DNA of 64,000 nucleotides from Eledone cirrhosa. Lineage: Eukaryota. Below the pieces are notes generated by a model. That model made no database searches and was not told the origin of the DNA. It saw only the letters and a list, made by a program, of their open reading frames with translations. The position numbers and the translations under genes are program-made. This document shows, one piece after another, positions 1 through 12,280 of this stretch (the stretch's first letter is position 1; every line of letters begins with the position of its first letter). The stretch lies in the NCBI GenBank assembly GCA_964016885.1, contig OZ024748.1, forward strand, positions 11,036,001-11,100,000. Direction: 5' to 3'.

Positions 1-1845
1 CTCTACAACAACCAATTTTTCAGATGCTGAGAATTCTTGGTAAGTTTTTTTTGTTTTTATTTAAACAAAACAACAAAATCATTCATCTTCTGTCATTGGG
101 AAAATTAGTAGAACATTGGACGACCAAATATAGTCGCAGTTAAGTACTGGAGTTTGATATAGTCAACATTCCCCTTCCTCCAAATTACTAACTTTGACCA
201 GTATAAGAAAGAATTATTATTAATTTTTGAAGCCGTCATCTTGTAAGGTGGTTATCAAACATACACACGCACATAGCTTCATCAATACTCTATAACTTCA
301 TCAATATCCCTTTGAATGATAGGGCTGAGGCTAGCTCCTAAGAGACCCCTCCCATGAGAAGCAGCCTCTTAGAAGGCCCACAAAACCTGCAGGTGTGAGC
401 TGTACCAACAAAACATATTTCTATTCAGGCGTCTCTTTAATTAAGATGCATGGCTGTTTTCTTTTCTGTTGAGTAACCATGGTAAACCACAAACTATCTT
501 CACAGTTACTACCATGAAGAAGTGAAGCCTTCTAACTATAACAGAAATAGTATAAAATATAATAAAAAATTATTCGTTCTTTCAACTGTTTTAATAGCAT
601 GCCTACTTCCACTCTCTTCTTATCTAATTAGGGAAGTAGTTAATGAAATATTTCTGATTTTATAATTATGAGTCACCGAGAGAGAATTTTGATATTAATC
701 TAAATTTTTAGAATTTATTTTTTTCACAAATTTTTTTTTGGTGGGGTTCTATTTTAAAGTCATGTTTGTTTATGTTAATAAAATAGGTAGGTTTCTGAAA
801 ATGTGAATATTTGTGTATTTTGTTTGGGACCAGAACACTAAATGGGTAACACATTGAATTACATAGCCTTGTCATTTTAAAGTTATTTTTAATATAATTC
901 AGAATTGGGAGGGATTTAATATAACTAAATTATTTCTCGGGTTAGCTTTGCCTTTCATCCTTACGGGGTTGATAAAATAAAGTACCAGTAATACACTGGG
1001 GTCGATTTAATCGACTTTTCCCTCCTCCAATTCTATGGGCATGTGGTTAGAATGTTTAAGAAAATAATCCAAAACCCAGGGTGTAGACCATGAGCTCAGG
1101 AGACGGTTACTTTGGACAGGACCTCCTGGAAGGAATTTTTTTAGGTCTCTTCCTCCATGGCTCCTCTCAGGAATAAGTTGGGGAAGGAGTAGATGGCAGG
1201 GGTGTGATTTGAGGGAAATTTGACTGCTATTTCTAGCAAGAACCAAATGTTTGTTTGTTTGTTGTTATATGTTAAATCTGTAGAAATATGGTTCTGTTTG
1301 TTGCAGGGAACCAAGCAGAAGTAAAGTGAATTCTACTGGAGATGTTGGCAATGATGTCATCAGTATTAACTCTGATGATGTTTATGAGTCAATGCCTATA
1401 GTGGCAGCACTAGAGAACTTAGGTAACTATTACATGTTGATTCTTATCATATTTTACACCTGTACAGGCACAGCACACACCACAGCACAGATTTTCAACA
1501 ATCAGATTTAAATTCAAACGACCTTTTGTTAAATTACTTTATACTGAGATAATTTTTCATTGAATAATTTTGTAAATATATTTTCATGAAATGACTTTTT
1601 ATGAAAACTAGATGAGGGCGTTGTCTTCTCCCTCTTTATGTCACTCTCTCTCTCTCTCTAAACAAATGACTCACTTTTCCTCTCTATATATGTACATCTC
1701 TTTCGCTTGGCGCTCTTTCCTTCTCTATATAAATGAGGGTGATGTAACTTTCATTACACACACACACTGTATGTAAACTTCCCCCTTTGTATTTGTCCCC
1801 TTCTTTTGTGCCCCTGTGGCTAATAAAGAAATATATCTATCTATC

Positions 1846-1878
<33 letters not shown>

Positions 1879-2807
1879 TTCCAGATAATACTTGCTTCCT
1901 AAACAGTGTACTACAGATTCTGAGGTACACACCTTGCTTTGTTGATGGTCTCAATGAGTTATGTTACAAAGTAGCTAAACATACGAGATCCTTCGCTAAT
2001 TCAACTGTAAGTACTTTTTCTTCTTCATCTTTATCTTTATATCATTATTATTTTTACACACAGTGATGTATTTGGTTATTTGTATGTTTGTGTGTATGTG
2101 TGTGCATACATGCACACATACATATACATACTTACATACTTGCACACACACACACTTACTTATACACATACATACTTGTACACATGCACACTACACACAC
2201 ACATACATACATACACACATGTGTACAACTGTAACTCCATAAATATGAACTTTGAGTTTTGAACACATGTAATAATTTTCTTCTTGTTTTTTCCAAAGGT
2301 TGAGAGTGAATCATCTCGTGTATGGGAGCTGGCTTTATCTATTTCTGAGGTATGTTATTTCTGTTACTATTGGGGTTCATGTTAACTCTATTGCTATTAG
2401 GAGTTCATGTTAATTATATTGCTATTAGGGGTTCATGTTAATTCTATTGTTATTAGGGTTCACGTTAACCTTTTCATAGCTGTATTTCAGTTACTCTTGG
2501 GTCCTCAATAATAGGGAGTGGAGATTGGAATAAGCACTGGGGTGGAAAAATCTGAAAAATTAATAAGCAGGTTTGTGTGTGTGTGTGTGTGTGGGGGGGG
2601 GGAGACACACGATTATTCAAGAACCGAGAGTAGTTAATGGATTTACTAAAATTCTGAATTATTTCATTACTAAGATAGTAACTTATTATAGAGATCTTTT
2701 ATAAAATTGTGTTGGAATGTTTTGATTTATATAAAAACCCTTTAACATGGGTAAGTGTTGTTTCATAGAACCAGAACTGGTTTTGGCTAGGTTGGTGTTA
2801 AAATGTG

Positions 2808-2861
<54 letters not shown>

Positions 2862-5800
2862 TATTGTCACTAAAGAATAATAATAGTAATAATAGTGGGA
2901 CCTATGTGCTTTTATTTTTATTTCTGTATAATACAGACGTGTATGTGTGTCTCTCATATACTATAGATGTGTGTATGTCTCATATAATATTGGTATGTAT
3001 GTGTGATATACAGACGTGTGTGTGTGTCATATAATACAGATATATGTGTGCCTCATATAGAATAGATATGTGTATGTCTCATATAATATTGATATGTATG
3101 TGTGATATACAGACGTGTGTGTGTGTGTCATATACAGATATATGTGTGCCTCATATAGAATAGATATGTGTATGTCTCATATAATATTGATATGTATGTG
3201 TGATATACAGACGTGTGTGTGTCATATTACAGTTGCGTCATATAATGTCTACATGTGTGTGTCATATAATACAACTGTGTCATACAATATACATGTATAT
3301 GTCATATAATACAGGTGTGTGTGCCTTATAATACAGGTGTGTGTGTGTATGTATATGTAATAAAACAGAGTTGGGTATCATATAATAAGTGTGTGTGTGT
3401 AACACAATATGTCATTTAATACAAACACACACACACGGTATCAGGGTTGTTAATAAAGGATTGTATAACATCTAAACCGCATTTCACATTTGCCTTATTC
3501 TATATATATATGTGAAGGTCCATGGCTTAGTGGTTAGAGCAGTAGGCTTACAATGGAAAGGTTGTGAGTTCAATTCTCAGACCGGGTGATATGTTGTTTC
3601 CTTGAGCAAGACACTTTATTTCACGTTGCTCCAGTTAACTCAGCTGAAAATGAATACCAGCAATAGCTGGAGGTTTAACCCTGCGATGGACTGGCATCCT
3701 GTCCAGGGGGGAGTCTTGTGCTCTGTCACTTGACGCCATGAAACCAGGATAAGCACCGGCAAAATGAGCCTTCTGGCTTAAGACAGACTTTAGACTTATG
3801 GCCTGCCCGCCCAGCCAGTGGGATGGCGTCATTGTATGGCTAAAACAGCAACGTGCTATGACCAGCGGTGACAAATGGCGCCCGACTGACTGGTCGGTCA
3901 AGGTGATCAAGGTGATATATATATATATATATAAGCCAGGAATATCCGTCATCAGTGGTCTACTAGCCATCATAGGTATTTCTTCGCACTACAGACCATA
4001 TACCTCAAGCTTATTTCCACCCAACTCTTTTTATCCCAATAACTTAATTTAGTTATTGTATCGCCCTAGCTTGAGTTATATGGTCTGTAATGTGAAGAAA
4101 TACTAATGATGGCTAGTAGACCACTGATGACGGATATTCCTGGCTTATATTTCTAATTCTTCATTTATTATATATATCCTATTTGCAACAACACAGCTCG
4201 CCATTTTTCATTCATATATATCATCATCATCATTTTTACGTCCGCTTTTCCCTGCTTGCAAGGGTGGGACGGGAACTGATTCTGGCTTGATTTCTACAGC
4301 TGGAAGCCCTTCCTAACACCAACCTCATTTACAGTGAGTGCTGGGTGCTTTTTTTGCCACGGCACCTCCACAACCACTTTGCAGTGGAATGATAGGGACC
4401 CCAGTCCTTATTATCTCATTTCTACAGCTGAGTAAACTGGAGCAATGTGAAATAAAGTGTCTTGCTCAAGGAAACAACACATCACCCGGTCTGAGGATTG
4501 AACTCACAACCTTTCGATTGCAAGGCCAATGCTCTAACCACTAAGACATGTGCCTACATATATATATATGTGTATCATGCAATAAAGGTGTGTGTGTATA
4601 TATGTGTCTGTGAGTGTACGGTATAATATATGTATTGTATCATGCACTGCAAGTATGTGTTTGTGAATGTTTGTGTGTATATATATATATATATATATAT
4701 AGATATGTGTGTGTGAGTGTAGGGTATATGTTTAACATTGTGCAATACAGGTGTGTGTTTGTGTGTGTATATATACATATATATACACACATATATATGT
4801 GTGTGTGTGTGTGTGTGTGTACGGTATAATATAAATGTTGGTTCTGTTTTTCCTTTACTGTAGGTATTTAAGCAGATGAGTGCACTGGAGCGAAAGATGC
4901 AGGGTTTGTCAAGTGTAACATCTGCAAACATAGCCCTGAAACCTGACAGGGTACAGAATGTAGTTCGGTAAGTGCAATGTGCAATAACAGTCCCTTGTCT
5001 TACAGTATGTCTCTTCAGTTATTTAACTTAAACACTTTCATTACCACCACCACCACCATCACCATCACCACCACCATCATCATCATCATCATCTTCTTCT
5101 TCTTCATCATATTCATCACCATCATTTAACATCTATTTTCCATGCTTGCATAGGTTAGATGGGTTGTTGTGCACTGTGGCTAGACCAGCCAGGTGACCAG
5201 GTCATGCTCGTATTCTATTTTAGTAATATAACTAGCTTTCTCTTTATTAAGTTGGTGTTTCGAACATGACTTAACAGAGGTTCTTTCATAAAATTATGAG
5301 AGGTTTTTAGATTAATATAAACATCCAGACCACACTGTAAATGTGGTTGGCATTAGGAAGGCTATCCAGCTGTAGAAACTAAACCAGAAACAGTTCTGTA
5401 AGAGCAAGACATGTCACCTAATCTAACTTTTCTCACAACATGACAACTCATCTAGCATAGAAAAATGGACCTTAAATGGGGATGATGATGATGATGAACA
5501 CTTTAAAATAATTAGCTTTGTACTGTAGAACCAAGGTTTAAGGTGGTTTGATATCAAAAAGGTTAAAAGATATCTGACTCTCAATTGATAGAAAATGATG
5601 TTATGTTCTTGAAAAGATCATCCCTTATGAAAAGGAAAAAAAATTATATATGTTTTAGTGTACACTAATTTATTTGGGGTGGTATCTTAATGATACAATA
5701 AAAGATTGCTGTTTTGTAAGAATATTTCATTTTACTGTCAACACCTTAATAGAAAATAAGGGGGCAAGATAAACAGTTTGCTCTCGTCACAAGTTTTATG

Positions 5801-8794
5801 GATGGCCTCCCTTACTTTATTTAGCAGTCGATATGGAGTTGTCTTTCTTAGAAGTAAAAGGGGGTGAAGAGAAGGTGGTGGCGGCGGCGACATGCGTGAG
5901 CACAAATCGACCGTATATTATTCGAGACCAGAGAATGTATGGTTTCCAACATGGGGTATATTTTCATTTGAGTGTATGTAGCTCCAGCAGATATGTGATT
6001 ATGCATATATTCTCTTGGAAAATGTGCGATGATGTGTATGTGTGTATATACATATACACCTTATATATTTATTAATATCTGTTTATTTTTCGACTTTCAG
6101 GAAACTGAATTCTATGTTTGAAGGAAGTTCACAACATGACGCTCAAGAATTCTTGCAGTTTATACTGTACCATTTACAAGAAGCTGAGAAGTTACTTAAG
6201 AAGGCTTCGGCCAGTGAAACTAACAACAACAACAACAGTAGCAGCAGTAACAGGGTCAACAATAGCAGCAGTAATAGTAATAACAGTAGAAGGAGCAGCA
6301 ACAACAGCAGCACTTTCAATGGTACTGCTTCACCTGTTTCTTTGTCTCCATCTCGTGAGAACATCTCTGCTACGTCGGCAACAATAAACACCACCAACAG
6401 CAGCATCATCAACAGCAGTAACAGTGGCAGCAGCGGCAGCACCAGCAAGTGTAACCTGGTCAACAACAACACTGAGTCGTCGTTCTCATGCGATGGCTTG
6501 CGCCTGCTGCCCCCTACAGAAATAGCTTTATCTCCGAAATGCTCCATCAGTCCTGACGTCATTGTCCGCAGCAGTTATCCATTAGATGACTTCTTCAGTT
6601 CTACTTTAAACTCATCTTCTTCATCTTCATCGCGGAAGACCTCTGAGCCTACCGCCACTGACCGATGCACTCCTGCTGTCACTCGTCAGTCGGACAAGAC
6701 ATCCAACCCTAAATATAATTTATTAAAAATCCCACGTGTATCCTCTCTTGGCGGTGACCCAAATTCTATTTTAAAGCTAGGGTCGTCTGCTTTAACTGAA
6801 ATGGAGTCTGGTTTTCCTTTGAGTAACTGCACGAATGGCATTTCCTCTGCAGATGACACAAAGCCATCACCAACAGAGGACTTGAAATACCCTATGTCTC
6901 TGGTGGACATGAAGTCTGATTCTGTAATGGACAAGAGCTGTGGCTCTTTTGGGGACTCGAAGTCTGACTCTGTGGTGGGCAAGAGCTATATCTCTTTGGG
7001 AGACAGGAAGTGTGTCCTTGAGGACGATGATATAAAACTTGTCGCAGTAGTGAACACCAAATGTGCCAGCCCTGTGAAGGCCACCAACTGCATCTCTAGG
7101 AAATACACTAACTGTACTTCCAGTGAGGACACAAAGTGCAGCACCATGGAGGATGAGAAATGCACCCCCATAGACGTTAGGGGTCACCTCTCAAAGAAGG
7201 ACATGAAGTTTGTTGCAGTGGACGATACAGAGGATATTTTCATGGAGGACACAACATGTAGTAACAGTAGTAGTAGTAGTGCTTCCATATCTGATAAAAA
7301 GTTTGTGCCTGGAGAAGAGACGAAGGGTAACATGAAAGGCAACACTGGTGTTACGGAGGTGATGAAGTCAACCTCCGACATCGATGTGAAGCAAGTCAGT
7401 GGGGAGGACATGCGATTAAAAACAAGTGCATCCTCATCCTCAATCCTAACTCCCCCCCTTACACCTCTCTCTGCAAAATGCTTCACCATCGAAGCTGCTG
7501 TAACGAACGGGAAAATTGGTGTAAATGGACCCCTCCCTGTCTCTCCTTACTCTTTAAAAGGGTCCCTTCTTACTGTCCCTTTCCAGCAACAGTCACAATC
7601 CATTCCCTCATCTCCAGCAATGCTGCCTCACTGCCAGTCTGCCCCGCCACCTCCTCCTCCCTCCACACTCTCTCCTTGTCTTTCTCCCCCCATTCTTCCT
7701 CTTCTAGAGAACTCCTGCCATTCTCCTGAAAACACCAGTAATTCCACAGTTAAAGCTACTGTTTCAGTCACTGCCTCTGCTGACACTACTACCACCACCA
7801 CCACCACCACCACCACCTCCACTACCACTACAGCCACCACAAACAACATCACCGCCATCAGCACGAATACTACTAATAGTAATAACAACTGCATCATATT
7901 CAATAAAACCTCCAACAGCAACACCAACAACAAAAAAATCAAACCAAAAAGTATGTTGTCTTTACACAATGGTATGAGTAAGAACCAAGTCCGTCAGATC
8001 TGGAACTCTTTCGTTAAGCTGGAGAAATGTGACTTAGTTTGTAACAGCGCCCTCAGTTCTGTTAATGTCTATTACGCCATCGAGTGCCTTAACACTGGAA
8101 ACTCTTTGAAAAAAAAGAAGGATTTTGTCAAGCAACTGTTTCTGGGGACCATCTTGTCTCGGACACGCTGTCTGGAGTGTGAAAAGTCCAGTGAGAAACC
8201 GGAGGAGTTCCTTGAAGTCAGCGTTCCGTTGAAGAAAACTTCAAATCCTCTAAGGAACAGCGATGGGGAAAGTAGTGATCCCGAAAATGAAGGTAGGTTT
8301 CTTTGTTGCATTGTTTTAATTATTATTATTAGGGAGGTGAATTGGCAGTATCGGTAGAGGGTTGGACATGCTTTCCAGCATAGTTACGTCCTTTTATGAT
8401 CTGAGCTCAAATCCCTCTAAGGTTAACTTTGCTTTTCATCCTTACGGGGTCGATAAAATAAAGTACCAGTAATGTACTGGGTAATTGCTGGCCTTGTGCC
8501 AAAAGTAGAAACAATTATTATTATTGTTATTTGGATTGGCAGTAATCGGACACCATGCTTTGTGGCATAGAGTTACAGCTCTTTACATTCTGAGTTCAAA
8601 TCCCGTTGAGGTTAGCTTTGCCTTTCATCCTGATAAATAAAGTACCAGTCATGGACTAGGGTCGATTTAATCGACATTCCTTTCTCTCAAAGTTGTTGTC
8701 CTTGTGCTTAAAGTAGAAATTATTATCATTGAGTGAGGAGCAGTGAAATGACATAATTATTGGAACATTGGCATTATGACGTTAAACGGTCATG

Positions 8795-8840
<46 letters not shown>

Positions 8841-9046
8841 TCATTTAATGTCTATTTTCCATGCTTTGATGGGTTAGACAGGTCATGTTATGAGATAATT
8901 CAGGTCGAGTGACCATATCTTGCTCATATGGATCTGTATTTCAGCTTGGTTTCTACAGCTGGATGCCTTCCTAATGCCAACAATATTACATACATATATA
9001 TATACACACATATATATATATATATGTGTGTATGTATGTATGTATG

Positions 9047-9091
<45 letters not shown>

Positions 9092-9295
9092 TCATCATCA
9101 TACATCCGCTTTTCCCTGCTTGCAGTGTGTGTGCGCGTCATCACCATTTTACGTCCATTCTTCCACGCTAGCATATATATATATATGCTTTCTCAAGAAG
9201 GGCTAAAGCCTGACATGTCAAACTTTCTTTCCCCTTTTCCATATAAAGCATGAAATAAGTAAGACTTTTTGTACCTCCGTTTTGTCGTTTCCTTG

Positions 9296-9345
<50 letters not shown>

Positions 9346-12280
9346 TTACGGTTAACTTTGATGCAATTCGATTCAAGCACTCAGCATACTTTTTCCACAT
9401 AGGAGTGACAGAGTTTATTTAGAATAAGAAAATGCAAAGTAGTTTCAGATGTTAAAGTCCTTTAATGATAATGGTGTGATACATATTTCAATGACGACGG
9501 TGGCGACACTCTTCGGTGTACCTAGTGCCGTGACATCATCAGACAGCTTTCTTACATAATAAGGTTATGTTCCCGAGGTAATCCAAATTGAATCGACAAG
9601 GAAATGGGCAAAGGAGGTGTTCTTGAGTCCTTCGCCCGTTCCCCTGTGAGTCCCAATTCACGCCCACCGGTTTGCACAGCATTATCCTTAAAGGACTTTA
9701 ACATCTGAAACTACTTCGCATTTTCTTATTCTATATATATATATATATTTAAATGAAGTATTTCCGTAGGAAAGGTAAAGGAAAAAAGAGTGCTCTAAGT
9801 AGGCTTCAGAGCTTTTTAGTTATGTAATAAACAACATAATTATATATATATTTATATTATAAAAATAATAATATGAATAACACAATCTCTCTCTCTCTTC
9901 CCATCATCAATGTGCTAGATGGTTCTGATCAAAACACTTTGATTAGTTTCATCTCGTCCTTCTCTGAAGTGGAGAAACTGCAAGGTGACAATAAATACTA
10001 CTGCGACAGTTGCTATAACTACGTGGAAGCTGACCGATCTCTTCATTACGACACATTACCAGATATTCTCACTGTACACCTTAAACGATTTTCAGCATCT
10101 TCAGAGTAAGTCATTATATTCACCCATCACTTTTCTCTTTTGTTTTCTATCTTTGTTCTTTCTTTATTTTTCTATCAGCTTTTACTTATTTATGTATTTA
10201 TTCCAGCCCAAAGACTATGGCCATCCTGGGACACCACCATTGCTTTCTTCCTCTTCTCATATTCTTCTCTATCCTTTTATTTCTTTTATTTCTCATTCTA
10301 TCTTCGGATGAAGGAGTAGTGTCTGAAACGTTAAGGCTATTTTGTTGTGTTGGCTCTGTGTTAAGTGGTGTGGTGTTAGTGCTATAGATATCTTAGCGGT
10401 TGTGTTAAGTGGTATGGCCTTAGTGTAATAGATATGTTAGTGGCTGTGTTGAGTCTGTGTTAAATTTTAGTATATTAGATATGTCTGTTAAGTAAATATG
10501 GTCTGTGCTTTGTCCAATCAAAAAGTTCTTTATTTTTTATTATTATTATTTTATTTTTTGTGTGTATTACTTTCAGAATTGGACTAATGTGTAAAATCAA
10601 TGACCACGTGGATATTCCCCTTTCCTTGCCATGCCTTCTTTATAAATGTCCCAAGGATTGCTATCGTCAGGACCATCGGTAAGTAAGGAAGGAGCTTTTT
10701 AAAGATTTATTCTCTGGCTGTGTGGTTAAGTGGTTTGCTTTGCAACCATGTACTTTTAAGTTCAACGCCACTATATGGTACCTTCGGCATGTATCTTCTG
10801 GGCTGAGCAAGGCCTTGTAAGTGGAATTTAGTAGATGGAAATTGTTGAGGAAGCCTGTCATATCATCACCGTTTAGTGTCCATTTTCCATGCTTGCATGG
10901 GTTAGATGGGTTGACCATGTCAAGAGACAAGTCTCGCCAGAATTGGCCATGCCGTACCTTGCTCCTACAGGAGTGTAAATTTGGCTGGGGGTTTTATAGC
11001 TGGATGCCCTTCCTAACACCAACTACATTTACAGATATATATATATATATTGTTTCTACTTTTGGCACAAGATCTGCAATTATCTCAGTACGTTACTGGT
11101 ATTTTATTTTATTGATCCCGTAAGGATGAAAGGCAAAGTTAACCTTGGCAGGAGGATTTGAACTCAGACCGTAAAGGGCCGTAACTCTGCTGCATTGGCT
11201 TTGCAATCGAAAGGTTGTGAGTTCAATTCTCAGACTGGGTGATGTGTTGTTTCCTTGAGCAAGACACTTTATTTCACATTGCTCCAGTTTACTCAGCTGT
11301 AGAAATGAGATGATAGAGACTGGGGTCCCTATCATTCCACTGCAAAGTGGTTGTGGAGGTGCCATGGCAAAAACCACCCAGCACTCACTGTAAATGAGGT
11401 TGGTGTTAGGAAGGGCATCCAGCTGTAGAAATCAAGCCAGAATCAGTTCCCGTCCCACCCTTGCAATACTTTGGGAGATTCATGCTGTCAATAAAAGCTT
11501 ATGTACCTGATGGTTTTCATTTCAGTTTATTATAATTTATAAAGGGGGTGGTTTGGTAGTATAGGTAGAAGGTCGGACGCCATGCTTTGACGCATAGAGT
11601 TACGACTCTTTCCATTCCAAGTTCAAATCCCGCCGAGGTTAACTTTGCCTCTCATTCTTAAGGGGGGTTGATAAAATAAAGCACCAGTAATGCACTGGGT
11701 AATTGCTGGCCTTGTGCCAAAAGTAGAAACAATTATAATTTCCCAGTTGTTTAGTTTAACAACCAGAAACCAGACGGTTTTTAGTTTAATATTATTATTA
11801 GAAACAGTAAATTAGATACAATGTCTCTCTACATTTTCATCTTTAGTTGTTATTGTATATTTGTTGTATTTTGATTAAATAACTTTGTATTTTTACTGTC
11901 CATTTTTTTTTTTCTCTATTTTGTCCAGGTACAGTTTATTTGGCATGATCACACATGCTGGCTATACCATATCCTCGGGACACTATGTTGCCTACGTGAA
12001 AACCTTTGCCGGATCACTCACATGGCATTTTCCATCAAACGGTGGACAGCGAGAATCAATGCCGGTGAACAGTGGTGGTGGCTCATCTGCCTCTGGTTGT
12101 CGATCATCATCGTACACTGACCAACACTCAGACGGTGACATCTTCTGGCTGGAATGTGATGACAGCTCGGTGCGCGTGTTCACCGAGGAAGACTTCCTGG
12201 AGCGGCTCTCTTCCGAGGGTTTGCTCACAGGTACACCCTATTTATTGTTTTACCACAGATCTCCGATGAAAAGGTCGTAG
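1..12280 (+). CDS. USP1: Ubiquitin carboxyl-terminal hydrolase 1 (USP1), spliced, 5'-partial; exons <1-39, 1307-1422, 1885-2006, 2299-2349, 4864-4967, 6101-8292, 9919-10105, 10577-10678, 11929-12280
   Basis: All introns GT-AG and phase-consistent. The translation has the Cys box (ENLDNTCFLNSVLQ), QHDAQEFL, RCLECE, L.GDNKYYCDSC, LPDILTVHLKRF, the His box (HAG..ISSGHYVAYVK), WLECDD and TPYLLFY. A large insert and a GGQ motif after the His box point to the USP1 subfamily. Confidence 0.9.
2492..2632. mobile_element. Small TA-flanked MITE-like element
   Basis: Imperfect TIRs tactcttgggtcctcaataat / attattcaagaaccgagagta; related ends occur at about 29275-29353 and 60445-60520. Confidence 0.45.
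2930..3300. repeat. ~80-bp degenerate tandem repeat in a USP1 intron
   Basis: cagacgtgtgtg...tcatataatatt...gtgatata repeated about three times. Confidence 0.7.
3516..3912 (+). mobile_element. tRNA-derived SINE family A (near full length); other copies at about 4430-4555(-), 11195-11300, 20945-21060, 28472-28760, 29075-29200, 34040-34180(-), 43690-43810(-), 54730-54840(-)
   Basis: Pol III A box (tggcttagtgg) and B box (gagttcaattc), followed by the shared ccttgagcaagacacttt...gctccag...cctgcgatggactggc body. Confidence 0.8.
6101..8292 (+). CDS. USP1: USP1 giant internal exon (2192 bp) encoding the QHDAQE box, a ~640-aa low-complexity insert and the CLECE zinc-finger half
   Basis: Acceptor tttcag|G at 6100/6101 and donor G|gtaggt at 8292/8293; matches ORF 6042..8357. 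Confidence 0.9.
8330..8520 (+). mobile_element. tRNA-derived SINE family B (very abundant); e.g. 940-1020, 8555-8720, 11550-11735, 23895-24370(-), 25055-25190(-), 29700-29900, 40910-41065(-), 43840-44010(-), 57115-57435(-), 62080-62295(-)
   Basis: Shared gagttcaaatccc...ctttgcctttcatccttacggggtcgataaaataaagtaccagt...gctggccttgtgcc body with a short (att)n tail. Confidence 0.8.

Noticed and set aside
2362-3300. Spaced repeats as a CRISPR-like array
   Set aside because: Eukaryotic intron with degenerate tandem units and no unique spacers.
3516-3590. tRNA-like A/B boxes as tRNA genes
   Set aside because: They continue into SINE bodies and do not form a full cloverleaf.
6143-8311. Antisense and alternative-frame ORFs over the large USP1 exon
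   Set aside because: Shadows of a low-complexity coding exon, with no independent motifs.
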